Shown here: positions 38,391 through 47,929 of the stretch, piece by piece
How the letters are laid out: the number at the start of each line of letters is the position of its first letter
Position numbering within the stretch: position 1 is the stretch's first letter
Virus record (IMG/VR): IMGVR_UViG_3300020050_006168
Location: 1 to 64,000 of that record
Origin: a virus
Taxonomy: Duplodnaviria; Caudoviricetes
Length of the DNA stretch: 64,000 nt
Direction: 5' to 3' (one strand)
Program-made: the position numbers and the translations under genes
Notes under the pieces: generated by a model
Databases searched by the model: none
What the model was told of the DNA's origin: nothing
Seen by the model: only the letters and a program-made list of their open reading frames with translations

Positions 38391-39072
38391 AGTTCCTATG
38401 TCTACTGACAATCATATAGGAATTGAGATTGAGTTTGTATCTAAGATGGACCCTGATACAATCTCCGACATGATTGTTGATCATGATTTGTATATGAACT
38501 GTACATTAAAAGAAGATGGTAGCATTGATGAGTACTTACCTTCATGCGGTTATAGTCCATGCGACTGCGGCGATCCTGAATGTACAGAGGTGATAAGCGA
38601 TACTGATTGTGTCGGACATGAGCTAACTGTTTTGTGTACAGAAAAAGATCTAAGCTTTATTTTAAATAAAGTAAATAACTTACTTATCGATTGTGGTGCT
38701 GAGGTAAACAAGTCATGCGGACTTCATGTTCACATTGATTGCCGGTCCAGATCCTATAAGCAAGTCGTATCTAACTTCTTATCTAAACAAAAAGAAATGA
38801 GAAAGATGGTACCTGATGAAAGAAAAGTTAGCGGCTACTGCAAACCATTAACAAAGAAAGATCTGAAGATTAAAGATCAGACCTTGCTGTCTAGGTATAA
38901 AGATATTAATATCAGATCATATCCTAAACTTAAAACAATTGAGATTAGATTACATGAAGCAACGGTAAACACTAAAGACATTATGTCATGGTGTAAATAT
39001 CTTATTGGTGTAGCTGATAAGAAGAGAGTGAGTAAACAATATGTCAACACCCGAATTAAAAAATGTTCTTAA
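38359..39072 (+). CDS. second putative amidoligase (paralogue of 35194-36471) with Cys-rich insert
   Basis: 'IGIEIEF', 'KEDGSI', 'HELT', 'KSCGLHVHID', 'RYKDIN', 'TIEIRLH'; insert 'CGYSPCDCGDPEC'. Confidence 0.85.
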   Translation: MDKIDLVYADKVPMSTDNHIGIEIEFVSKMDPDTISDMIVDHDLYMNCTLKEDGSIDEYLPSCGYSPCDCGDPECTEVISDTDCVGHELTVLCTEKDLSFILNKVNNLLIDCGAEVNKSCGLHVHIDCRSRSYKQVVSNFLSKQKEMRKMVPDERKVSGYCKPLTKKDLKIKDQTLLSRYKDINIRSYPKLKTIEIRLHEATVNTKDIMSWCKYLIGVADKKRVSKQYVNTRIKKCS

Positions 39073-39262
39073 TTACATTAGAGAGAAAGGCAGTTGCACT
39101 GAGACAGAGATATGGAATCAGTTTGTTAAGTCAGACGCAATTGAAGAACGAACAAGAGTAATGAAACAATTAATAACACTAGAACAAAAAGGATTAATCA
39201 ATTATGGAACAGATCAAAAAGGCTTTTCTTTTATTAACTATCACAACATTTCTTATCAGTAG
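39041..39262 (+). CDS. small winged-helix-like protein
   Basis: 'VLNYIREKGSCTETEI...QLITLEQKGLI' pattern. Confidence 0.4.
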   Translation: MSTPELKNVLNYIREKGSCTETEIWNQFVKSDAIEERTRVMKQLITLEQKGLINYGTDQKGFSFINYHNISYQ

Positions 39263-39680
39263 TGGATGTGCTAGACACACAGATGCAACAACTTCACAAG
39301 AGGAAGCCGACACAATGGCAAGCCTTGCTGCTAGAGTGATGACATTAGAATCACAGATCGGTACACCAACTAGCGGACTTCAAGCTATGATTAATAGTAA
39401 TACTGTACAGCTATTAGAATTACAGAGCAATCATAACGTAACAAGTTTGATTGATCCCTGCGGTGATGGACCAGGTTATGATGAGATCTTCCTTAGAACA
39501 TCTACTGGTAAAATCATTGCTAGCTTTAGTGATAGCAGCTCGGGAACAAACACTAGGTTCGCTGAGTTAACTGCTGGCGGTCCTTATCAAACAACAGATG
39601 GTACTCATTGTACATTCAGTGTTGTTATGGGTAGTGGTGGACTAGAAGTTGTATCAACACCAGCAACCGTGGAGTACTAA
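39204..39680 (+). CDS. putative lipoprotein
   Basis: Signal with 'ISSGC'; C-terminal 'LIDPCGDGPGYDEIFLR...YQTTDG..C.F' domain. Confidence 0.55.
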   Translation: MEQIKKAFLLLTITTFLISSGCARHTDATTSQEEADTMASLAARVMTLESQIGTPTSGLQAMINSNTVQLLELQSNHNVTSLIDPCGDGPGYDEIFLRTSTGKIIASFSDSSSGTNTRFAELTAGGPYQTTDGTHCTFSVVMGSGGLEVVSTPATVEY

Positions 39681-39881
39681 TGATCTTAGTTAAAGACATT
39701 GAGAAACTACAAGAACAATTAATTAAAGCAGAAGAACTTATCAATCGTATTGGTATGTTAAGTATGGGAGAGCTAGCATACACAGCAGAATTCACAGAGA
39801 AAGTTAACATGATGGTAAGAAAGTATTTAAAAACAGAGCAGACCTTTGAACAGTTTGCTCCTAGACTTAAAGGAAAATCAA

Positions 39882-40082
39882 ATGAAACTAAATAAGAAAA
39901 CATTAATTCTAAGTATGATTGATAAAAATTTAACCTCGCGTAAACTTGCAGAGCTAGCAGGCATTCCAGAATCGTCTGTGTCTAGAATCTTAAGACAGAA
40001 ACACAGAGTCAATCCTTTAACAATTAAAAAATTAGCAACAGCTCTTAACGTAACCAGCGAACAACTTATTGAGGAATACTAG
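39882..40082 (+). CDS. XRE/Cro-C1 helix-turn-helix regulator
   Basis: 'LTSRKLAELAGIPESSVSRIL...TIKKLATALNV'. Confidence 0.85.
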   Translation: MKLNKKTLILSMIDKNLTSRKLAELAGIPESSVSRILRQKHRVNPLTIKKLATALNVTSEQLIEEY

Positions 40083-40223
40083 TATGTTAACAAAAATTTT
40101 TATCGGTGCAATTCTTGGTTGGGTTGCATATAGTATTAGTAATGACTGGGTATATTCATTGGCTTGTTGGTGGGGCTACGTTGTAGTATCATCAACACTA
40201 GATCATATGTATGTTGGTGCCAA

Positions 40224-40946
40224 ATGATTAGATGGATTATAGGTGCAGGACTTATTGTCTTTGCTGTTATAAAGGCAGATGCTCAAGAACTTAGAGTATT
40301 AATGCTTGACTCAGGTGTACCAGAAAAGCTAGCAACCTATTCAACTATTACAGGATCAGAGCTGTCTCCTTATGTGTTTGCTAAACATAAACATTCAAGC
40401 GCTGTCTATCAAATGATTATCTCAGGAGAAGGGCAGACCCCATCCTGTTTAAACATGAGAGTAGACTGGTGTTCATGGTATACTAAATCTTTAGCTGACG
40501 GTAATAGATATATAAACTGTTTGAGCAAAGCTGTTGATGGTAACTACGATATTGTTAATCTATCATTGGTTGCTAACTATATGGACAGAAGAGAACGAGA
40601 TCTTATAAGTAAGCTAAGAGAACGTAGCATTGTTGTAGCTGCTGCTGGCAATGAAGGATGTAGAGCTGGCTTATATAAATGCAACGCTTATCCTGCCGCC
40701 TATAGCAGAGGCCCAGCCGATAGTGTTATTGCTGTAGCTGCTACTGATATAACAGGTAAGGTGTTTGACTTCTCCAATAGAGATGATACCGGATTAACTG
40801 TTGACTTCTTAGGAGAAGGATATTATTATATGAACGGTGGATACAGTCACATGGTTGGTACTAGCATGGCTGCGGCAATGTATAGTAACAAACTAATTAA
40901 AGAAATGTGTCCTTCTAGAAAAGGAGCATGGGTTGGGAAAGAATAA
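40224..40946 (+). CDS. subtilisin-like (S8) serine peptidase with signal peptide/anchor
   Basis: Asp 'MLDSG', His 'KHSSAV', oxyanion 'VAAAGNEG', Ser 'GTSMAA'; hydrophobic N-terminus 'MIRWIIGAGLIVFAVIKADA'. Confidence 0.8.
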   Translation: MIRWIIGAGLIVFAVIKADAQELRVLMLDSGVPEKLATYSTITGSELSPYVFAKHKHSSAVYQMIISGEGQTPSCLNMRVDWCSWYTKSLADGNRYINCLSKAVDGNYDIVNLSLVANYMDRRERDLISKLRERSIVVAAAGNEGCRAGLYKCNAYPAAYSRGPADSVIAVAATDITGKVFDFSNRDDTGLTVDFLGEGYYYMNGGYSHMVGTSMAAAMYSNKLIKEMCPSRKGAWVGKE

Positions 40947-41961
40947 AGATTTCTATAAGATGATGGATAGATCAGAAGCTGCTATTGCTAAAAGGCTTGC
41001 TGCTAATGGTAAGATAGGAAAGAAAGGTTTACCTCCAGACATTGAACTATTAGAGGATCGAATCATTCAACTAGAAAAAAGAGAGGAAGATTTACTAAAT
41101 GAAATTAAACAACTTACTGAAGTTCTATATGAAGAAAAACGTAACAGTAAATACGCCACTGGTTTCAAACCATGGCCAACAGTTGATTTCGAAAGCTCTT
41201 CAGGAATATCAACTCAACCAAGTATTCGGGTTAGATGATTGTGAAGACTATGATTCATTGTGCTACTATATTGCAATGCTAGAAGAAGAATATCTTAAGG
41301 GGATTAAGTGACATCAATTATTATATACACATTATTTTTAGTGGGTAGTGTTTGGCTAACGTGTGCCTGTATCTATTATGTGTGGCAACGATTAGTATTT
41401 AAGCTAGACCACAATACATCCTACGATAGAATGATTGGGGTGTTTGATGAATAGTGAAGAGCTAGCTAAAGTATTATTAGAAAACAAACCCGAGCTTGTG
41501 TACATGATCAATCCGTATGTACATAAGTTTATCTATACTTATCCAGATAAAGATAATCTATTTAAAGAATCTGTTTACATCAAAGATCTTAAAGATTTTG
41601 TTAAGAAGCAATTGCTGGATAAGACTATTAAGATTATCAATTACACAGCTTCATACGAAGAACTATCAATCTTGTTTGAAGATAATAATATTGATAATAT
41701 AATTAGGAAACAATATATGAGAGAGTTCTTATATAACTAGGAGAGACATGGCATATTTTATTTTAATTTGGATTGGTTATTTATTATACAGTTTATTTAA
41801 TAGGAAGTAATATGATTAGATTTTTTTTAGGATTATGTTGTTTGACTATGCTCAACTTAACACTGAGTTTATTATTCAATGGTCATTACCTAGTATTGAT
41901 CTGGTCATTCCTTTCCGGTTATTTCTATATTAGATTTTACAATAGGTTCTTACATGAATAA
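40933..41961 (+). other. several small hypothetical CDS
   Basis: ORF track 40933-41238, 41435-41740, ~41811-41961. Confidence 0.45.
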
Positions 41962-42472
41962 ACAATTACTAGATGAGTCCATTAGTTACTACTATGATTA
42001 CTTAGTACGGAAGCTGGCCACTAAACAGTCAAAGGATGAGTGCCGTGAAGCATTGGCTGGTGCGTATGTATCAATGCTTGGTAAAGATTTACAAGTAACA
42101 AATAAACAACACTGTTGTTCATTACTGTTTAAAGAATCTATGTTTATTCTTTATAGACGTAAGGATAGACAGATGTATTTTGAAGATATGGATGCAGTAG
42201 AGTGGGCTACTAATAGCACCGCTGAGAGTAGCGCCATAATTAAATCACAATTAAATTACATTAAAAAGAACGCAAGTAAAAACTTGTTAATTTATGCTGA
42301 GCTAGGTAAGTATACTACGGCAGCCAAAGTCCTTGGTGTTAATCCAATAACATTACGCCAACAACTCTATGTTGAGATGGCAGCTCTAAGAGATTCACTA
42401 CCCTTTAAATTTATACATGATCCATCCAATAACTTCAGCTATTATAAGCAAGAAGATATTGACAAAGTATAA
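41954..42472 (+). CDS. putative ECF-sigma-like transcription factor
   Basis: Size (172 aa), region-2-like 'ECREALAGAYVSML' and region-4-like HTH 'YTTAAKVLGVNPITLRQQL'. Confidence 0.4.
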   Translation: MNKQLLDESISYYYDYLVRKLATKQSKDECREALAGAYVSMLGKDLQVTNKQHCCSLLFKESMFILYRRKDRQMYFEDMDAVEWATNSTAESSAIIKSQLNYIKKNASKNLLIYAELGKYTTAAKVLGVNPITLRQQLYVEMAALRDSLPFKFIHDPSNNFSYYKQEDIDKV

Positions 42473-42487
42473 CTGATGTGGTACATT
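42459..42487 (+). promoter_or_regulatory. sigma70-type promoter for RNR
   Basis: TTGACA-17 bp-TACATT with TG extension. Confidence 0.6.
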
Positions 42488-42514
42488 AACCTTGGAAATT
42501 AACCAGGGAGAAGA

Positions 42515-44368
42515 ATGAATAAAAGCAATCAATTGTTATCAGAGATTGTAGCATTTAGAACTTATGCTAAACACCTACCGCATCTAGGTAGAAGAGAATC
42601 ATTATCTGAAACTATTAATCGTAATATGTGTATGCACCTTGACAGGTTCCCTAAGTTGTCAAGAGATATCATTAAAGCATATCAACAAGTACATGATCTT
42701 AAAGTGATGCCAAGCATGAGAGCTATGCAATTTAGCGGAGATGCTATCTTAAAGAATCACGCAAGACAATACAACTGTTCCTATACGCCAGTCAATGACA
42801 TAAGAGTATTTGGTGAAATACTATTTCTTTTATTGTCAGGTGTCGGTGTTGGGTTCTCCGTTCAGAAACAACACACTAATCATTTACCAAAGATTACACA
42901 ACCAAAAGAAGCTGGGTTCTTTGTAGCCCAAGATAGTATTATGGGATGGGCACAATGCGTTGATCTATTGTTTGATGCGTATATGCTTGGTCGAGTTAAG
43001 CCCCGATTTGATTTTGGGGATATCAGACCGAAAGGAAGTTACCTTGTTACAACAGGAGCAAAAGCCCCAGGACCAGAACCCCTTAAGAAAATGTTGGAGC
43101 TGGTTGAATCTAAACTTAAAGTTGCTATTGGCCGTAGGCTTTTACCTATTGAAGTCCATGACATTATCTGTATTATCTCTGACTCAGTATTGGCTGGAGG
43201 TATTAGGAGAGCGGCTCTTATTTCTTTATTCGATAGAGACGACAAAGCAATGCTTACCTGTAAGTCAGGAGAGTGGTGGAACACAGCACCATGGAGAGCA
43301 AGAGCAAATAACAGCGCAATCCTGCCAAGATCAGAAGTAACTAAGGAAGAATTTGATTACATCTTTTCTATGTGTAAAGATAGTGGAGCTGGTGAGCCTG
43401 GGTTTAGCTGGACATCAAACACTGACTGGGGCTACAATCCTTGTCACGAGATCGCCCTTAATCCTAATCAGTTCTGTAACCTTACTACAATTAATCAAAC
43501 GGGTATAACATCCGAAAAGGATTTCTTTAACAGAGTCTATGCTGCTACTTTAATTGGAACACTGCAAGCATCATATACAGACTTTGATTATCTTCGTCCT
43601 ATATGGAAAGAGACAACAGAGAGAGAGGCATTGCTTGGTGTTAGTTTTACAGGTATCGCTGATTCTAGTACTAGCGTGGATGCAGATCTACTCAATAAAG
43701 GTGCTGCTCTCTGCTTGGAAGTTAATGAGAAGTATGCCAAGCGATTGGGAATCAATGTTGCCGCTCGTACAACTACGATCAAGCCTGAAGGATCAAGTAG
43801 CTGCGTCCTTGGTTCTTCTAGTGGTATACATGCTCGTCATGCTGAGTATTATATTCGCCGTGTTAGGATGAATAAGGATGACGCTCTTGCTGTATATTTA
43901 AAGAACGCTATCCCTGATTTAGTTGAGGATGATGTGTTCTCATCTAGTGGTGTAGTTGTTTCTATTCCACAAGAGAGTCCATTTGGTGCTCACACTAGAC
44001 ACACTGAAACAGCAGAGAGTTTATTTAAAAGATCAATGCTATATAATAAGAACTGGGTTGCACCAGGATATAGAGATGGTGACAATCAACACAATGTATC
44101 TGCAACTATTAGTGTTAAAGATAATGAATGGGATTCATTACGTGAACTAATGTGGAAGAACAGAAAAGACTACGCTGGTATTTCATTACTACCATTTGAT
44201 GGTGGTAATTATAAGCAAGCACCGTTTGAAGATTGCACTAAAGAAACTTATGAGGAAATGACTAAGCTTGTTAAAGAGATTGATCTGAAACAAGTTAGAG
44301 AATCTGATGATAAGACTGAACGAGTAGAACAAATTGCCTGCGGGCCAGGCGGATGTGAGATAACATGA
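42515..44368 (+). CDS. nrdJ: class II (adenosylcobalamin-dependent) ribonucleotide reductase
   Basis: 'YNCSY', 'GIRRAALI', radical Cys in 'YNPCHEI', 'FCNL', 'TTIKPEG', C-terminal 'CGPGGCE'; no NrdB partner seen. Confidence 0.88.
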   Translation: MNKSNQLLSEIVAFRTYAKHLPHLGRRESLSETINRNMCMHLDRFPKLSRDIIKAYQQVHDLKVMPSMRAMQFSGDAILKNHARQYNCSYTPVNDIRVFGEILFLLLSGVGVGFSVQKQHTNHLPKITQPKEAGFFVAQDSIMGWAQCVDLLFDAYMLGRVKPRFDFGDIRPKGSYLVTTGAKAPGPEPLKKMLELVESKLKVAIGRRLLPIEVHDIICIISDSVLAGGIRRAALISLFDRDDKAMLTCKSGEWWNTAPWRARANNSAILPRSEVTKEEFDYIFSMCKDSGAGEPGFSWTSNTDWGYNPCHEIALNPNQFCNLTTINQTGITSEKDFFNRVYAATLIGTLQASYTDFDYLRPIWKETTEREALLGVSFTGIADSSTSVDADLLNKGAALCLEVNEKYAKRLGINVAARTTTIKPEGSSSCVLGSSSGIHARHAEYYIRRVRMNKDDALAVYLKNAIPDLVEDDVFSSSGVVVSIPQESPFGAHTRHTETAESLFKRSMLYNKNWVAPGYRDGDNQHNVSATISVKDNEWDSLRELMWKNRKDYAGISLLPFDGGNYKQAPFEDCTKETYEEMTKLVKEIDLKQVRESDDKTERVEQIACGPGGCEIT

Positions 44369-44649
44369 AGGTAAAAGATTTTATTACACTATTACAGACA
44401 CTGCCTCAGGATGATGAGCTATTATTTGAGGGGCACTACGACGAAATCCTAGGAGATCAGTATCACGGCGACATGCCGTCTATAAGTTATCAAAATGTGT
44501 ACGTTAGTAAATCTAAGACAGGTGACCTTTCGTATCAAAGTGATATTTCTAACTACAGAACTGGTGATGTAAAACAAATGCTCGTTTTAAGCTACACAAA
44601 TGATGAACCATGCTTGTATCTAGTCAAACATACTGAAGATGAAGTGTAA
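44365..44649 (+). CDS. hypothetical protein
   Basis: 'MKVKDFITLLQTLPQD' common phage small-protein start. Confidence 0.55.
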   Translation: MKVKDFITLLQTLPQDDELLFEGHYDEILGDQYHGDMPSISYQNVYVSKSKTGDLSYQSDISNYRTGDVKQMLVLSYTNDEPCLYLVKHTEDEV

Positions 44650-44693
44650 TATATGCGATCCGGCAAGAGATTCGCTTTCCAGCAGGAGCTTTC

Positions 44694-45077
44694 GTGACAA
44701 GAAAACAGAAACTACAAAAGAAAAACTGGGCAGCCAAGGGTAATGAACGACATTACGACTACCCGTACAAGAAAATCTACGGTATTCTAGTAAGATCTGC
44801 AAAGAAACGTGGCATCCCATGTAACATTACATACAAACAGTATGTTAAGTTGACAGAAACTAAGAACTGCCATTACTGTGGTGATGAATTGTTATGGGAA
44901 AAGCACGGAGAGTCGGCTTCACGTACTAATGTAGATAGAAAGAACAATAATTTAGGATACAGTGTAAAGAATTGTATCCCAAGTTGTCCTAGATGTAATC
45001 AATCAAAGAACATTCACTTTACATATCCTGAATGGTATGCTATGACTGAAGTATTAAGGAATAAAAAAAATGAGTGA
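44694..45077 (+). CDS. free-standing HNH endonuclease
   Basis: 'SAKKRGI', 'CHYCG', 'VDRKNNNLGYSVKNCIPSCPRCNQSK'. Confidence 0.8.
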   Translation: MTRKQKLQKKNWAAKGNERHYDYPYKKIYGILVRSAKKRGIPCNITYKQYVKLTETKNCHYCGDELLWEKHGESASRTNVDRKNNNLGYSVKNCIPSCPRCNQSKNIHFTYPEWYAMTEVLRNKKNE

Positions 45078-45679
45078 GCCAAGAAAATATAGGGAGTTTT
45101 GGATTGCAGACACTACTCGCTATGGCCATGTGAGCGACAACTGGAGTCCCATTTGCGGAGAAGACCCAAAAGACAGCGTTGGATATGAAGGAAATACTTT
45201 GCACGTCGTCGAAATCTCAGCACTCCATGAAGCCGAGCAAAAGATTGATGAGCTTGAGATTCAAGTCCACGACTTAAAAAACACCAGTCCAGTAGAGGCT
45301 TTAAGGGCATTGCGTGAAGTTGATAAAATGAAATTAGATAGAGCCAATAAAATGCTTGAGTATCTGGCGCGGTCTTTAGAGGATACAAAACAATATGTAA
45401 ATGAAAACACTGAGTACACAATTAACCAAGCTCTTAAATACTATGAAGAATGGAAATCAAATGGGAAAAATTAAAGAACATTTATTAACACTAGATGATT
45501 TACATGAACAAGCAGAGGGTGATCTTGAGCGAGTGCTATTTCATAATCAACAACTAAGAGATCGAATTAAAAGTTTAGAACTTGAGCTTGATGAATATAG
45601 AAACGCTGTTGGCTGGGCATTAAACCAGGAGACGCATTTGAATATGCGTAATTGTCTTTTAAAAGTTTGGAATAAATGA
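45070..45679 (+). other. two coiled-coil hypothetical CDS (45070-45474, ~45461-45679)
   Basis: ORF track. Confidence 0.5.
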
Positions 45680-45843
45680 AAAGCATTAAAGGTAAGAACG
45701 TAATTATTATATCAGGAGACTACAAGGGAGCCAAAGGTTATGTGACAACAGACTTTGGTAATATAGTAATTGTTCAACCTAATGAACTTAATATAGATCG
45801 CAAGCCTTTCTTAAGGAAAGAAGTTAAAGTAATTAAACCTTGA
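45676..45843 (+). CDS. small KOW-motif protein (55 aa)
   Basis: Manually translated MKSIKGKNVIIISGDYKGAKGYV...; matches KOW G..V.I..G..KG..G.V. Confidence 0.6.
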   Translation: MKSIKGKNVIIISGDYKGAKGYVTTDFGNIVIVQPNELNIDRKPFLRKEVKVIKP

Positions 45844-45867
45844 CAAATATAAATAATATGGTATAAG
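45840..45867 (+). promoter_or_regulatory. sigma70-type promoter for recombination/replication genes
   Basis: TTGACA-16 bp-TATAAG with TG extension; RBS GGAGGA follows. Confidence 0.55.
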
Positions 45868-45882
45868 TATTAATGGAGGACC

Positions 45883-46962
45883 GTGGCAAATAAACTATCG
45901 CATTCAGCTATTGGTCGATACAAGATGTGCGGGGAGAACTATCGCCTACACTATCAGGAACGTATTAGACCTAATGCCACGACAGGCCCATTAATATTTG
46001 GAGCTGCTCTTGATAACGCTCTTAACGTTCTATTAACAGATCCTAACGGATCAGCGGAGCAAGTCTTTGAACAATACTTTACAACACAAAAGATCAACGG
46101 TAAAGACATCCATCTTCCAACGTCTACACAAATTATATATCACAAAGCGGATTACGATGCAGATCTCATTACTGAGATTGATGTTAAGATCCTTGAAGAC
46201 TATGCTAAGGAAAGCGGGCTACCCGGATATACAGATCACCTATCAGCTATCAAAGAAATAAGAAAGAAGAAACAACTAACAGAACTAGAACAAAGCTATC
46301 TTAATTTTACTACATGGTTATGTATGTTTAATAAAGGTAAGCTAATGATTAAAGCTTACAAGGATAAGGTGCTACCCCACTTAACCGTGGTTCATGAAGT
46401 ACAGCGAGAATTCTCCTTGACAAATGGATCAGGAGATAGTATTATAGGTCTGGTCGATCTGATTGCTGATGTTGAAGGACACGGCACAGTTATCCTAGAT
46501 AACAAGACAGCGGGTAGACCATACGATAGAGCTAGCGCTAAGAATAGCGAACAACTAGGACTTTACCTACATGTCTTAGAAGAAGAATATAAGACTCGTA
46601 AAGTAGGATACATTGTTCTATTAAAGAATGTAATTAAGAACAAGGTTAAGATTTGTACTAAGTGTGGATACAATGGATCTGATACTTCACATAGTACTTG
46701 TTCTAACATGATTGATGGTGAACGATGCCATGGTGAGTACCATGTAACTATGTCCCCTGAGATTGGCGTTCAGATTATAGTAGATGATATGGCTGAAGAT
46801 ATTGAAGCCACGGTAATTGCGGAAGCAGATGTAGTAAACACAATGATTAATGATAAACAATTTAATAAAAATACAGAGTGTTGTGAGAAATGGTACGGCA
46901 GTCGGTGCCCGTACTTCGATCTATGTCACAATCAAAGCATGAAAGGCTTGGTTAAACTATGA
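45883..46962 (+). CDS. PD-(D/E)XK (RecB/Cas4-like) exonuclease
   Basis: 'LSHSAIGRYKMC', 'IGLVDLI...ILDNKT', 'QLGLY', C-terminal 'CPYFDLC' and internal CxxC. Confidence 0.8.
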   Translation: MANKLSHSAIGRYKMCGENYRLHYQERIRPNATTGPLIFGAALDNALNVLLTDPNGSAEQVFEQYFTTQKINGKDIHLPTSTQIIYHKADYDADLITEIDVKILEDYAKESGLPGYTDHLSAIKEIRKKKQLTELEQSYLNFTTWLCMFNKGKLMIKAYKDKVLPHLTVVHEVQREFSLTNGSGDSIIGLVDLIADVEGHGTVILDNKTAGRPYDRASAKNSEQLGLYLHVLEEEYKTRKVGYIVLLKNVIKNKVKICTKCGYNGSDTSHSTCSNMIDGERCHGEYHVTMSPEIGVQIIVDDMAEDIEATVIAEADVVNTMINDKQFNKNTECCEKWYGSRCPYFDLCHNQSMKGLVKL

Positions 46963-47387
46963 GTATGTTCTTCGATCTTAAAAAGAATAAAGGTAAGAAT
47001 CGTAATAAGCCCAAGGAAGAGGTTGTTGAGTTATCCACAGCAGATCCTGAGATCCTTGCTGAAGAGGACGTGGCTGCCCTATTAGACAGTTTAAATGATG
47101 AACCAGAAGCAATGGTTATCTTACCAACAAGTTCAGCGCAAGCCCCGGTAGTTATTAAGTCTGAAGATGTAAAAATTGTAGATTCGGGTAAGACATTTAA
47201 AGCCTATGGTCTTTGTCATAGTGATAAAGATAAAAAGGTTATGTTGATTTCTATTGACTATAATCCAGAAACAGGATATAGTAAGGTCGTATCAGTTGAG
47301 CCATATACTGATAATGTACCAACAGCATTAAGTAAATTAAACAGAGTAATAAGTTTACGACTATTAAAAAAAGAAGAGGTATACTAG
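46959..47387 (+). CDS. hypothetical protein
   Basis: ORF track. Confidence 0.55.
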   Translation: MSMFFDLKKNKGKNRNKPKEEVVELSTADPEILAEEDVAALLDSLNDEPEAMVILPTSSAQAPVVIKSEDVKIVDSGKTFKAYGLCHSDKDKKVMLISIDYNPETGYSKVVSVEPYTDNVPTALSKLNRVISLRLLKKEEVY

Positions 47388-47929
47388 TGATTAAATCAGA
47401 CAGCCTAGCTAAGTTAGCACCAGCACTATTGAAAGCACAGAAGTCAATGGGTGTTGCATTAAAAGATTCTAAGAATCCATTCTTTAAATCTAAGTACGCA
47501 GATCTTAATTCTATTATTGATGCAGCTATCCCTGCCTTGAATGAACAAGGTATTGCTGTATTGCAATCACCATCAATGGCATATAGTGATCATGGTAAAG
47601 TTGTTTCAACTATTGAAACAGTTTTATTACACGAGTCAGGTGAATACATTGCCGGTATTTCTGAAGTGGTAGCAGCTAAAGCTAATGATCCACAAGCCGC
47701 AGGATCAGCTACTACATACGCTAGACGTTATGGATTACAAGCTATGGTTACACTTAAAGCTGAAGACGATGATGGTGAAGCAGCAATGGGAAGAAAGTCT
47801 GATGGCCCTAAGCCTGCATACTTGGCTAAACCTGATGTTCCCGCTAAAGTATTCGGAGGTGAACCAGCACAAGCCAAAGCTACCTTTTCTAAAAAAGCTA
47901 TTGTTAAACCAACAGAGGATGATATCTAA
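47387..47929 (+). CDS. erf: ERF-family single-strand annealing protein
   Basis: 'KDSKNPFFKSKYADL', 'HESGE', 'PQAAGSATTYARRYGL......EDDDG'. Confidence 0.9.
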   Translation: MIKSDSLAKLAPALLKAQKSMGVALKDSKNPFFKSKYADLNSIIDAAIPALNEQGIAVLQSPSMAYSDHGKVVSTIETVLLHESGEYIAGISEVVAAKANDPQAAGSATTYARRYGLQAMVTLKAEDDDGEAAMGRKSDGPKPAYLAKPDVPAKVFGGEPAQAKATFSKKAIVKPTEDDI

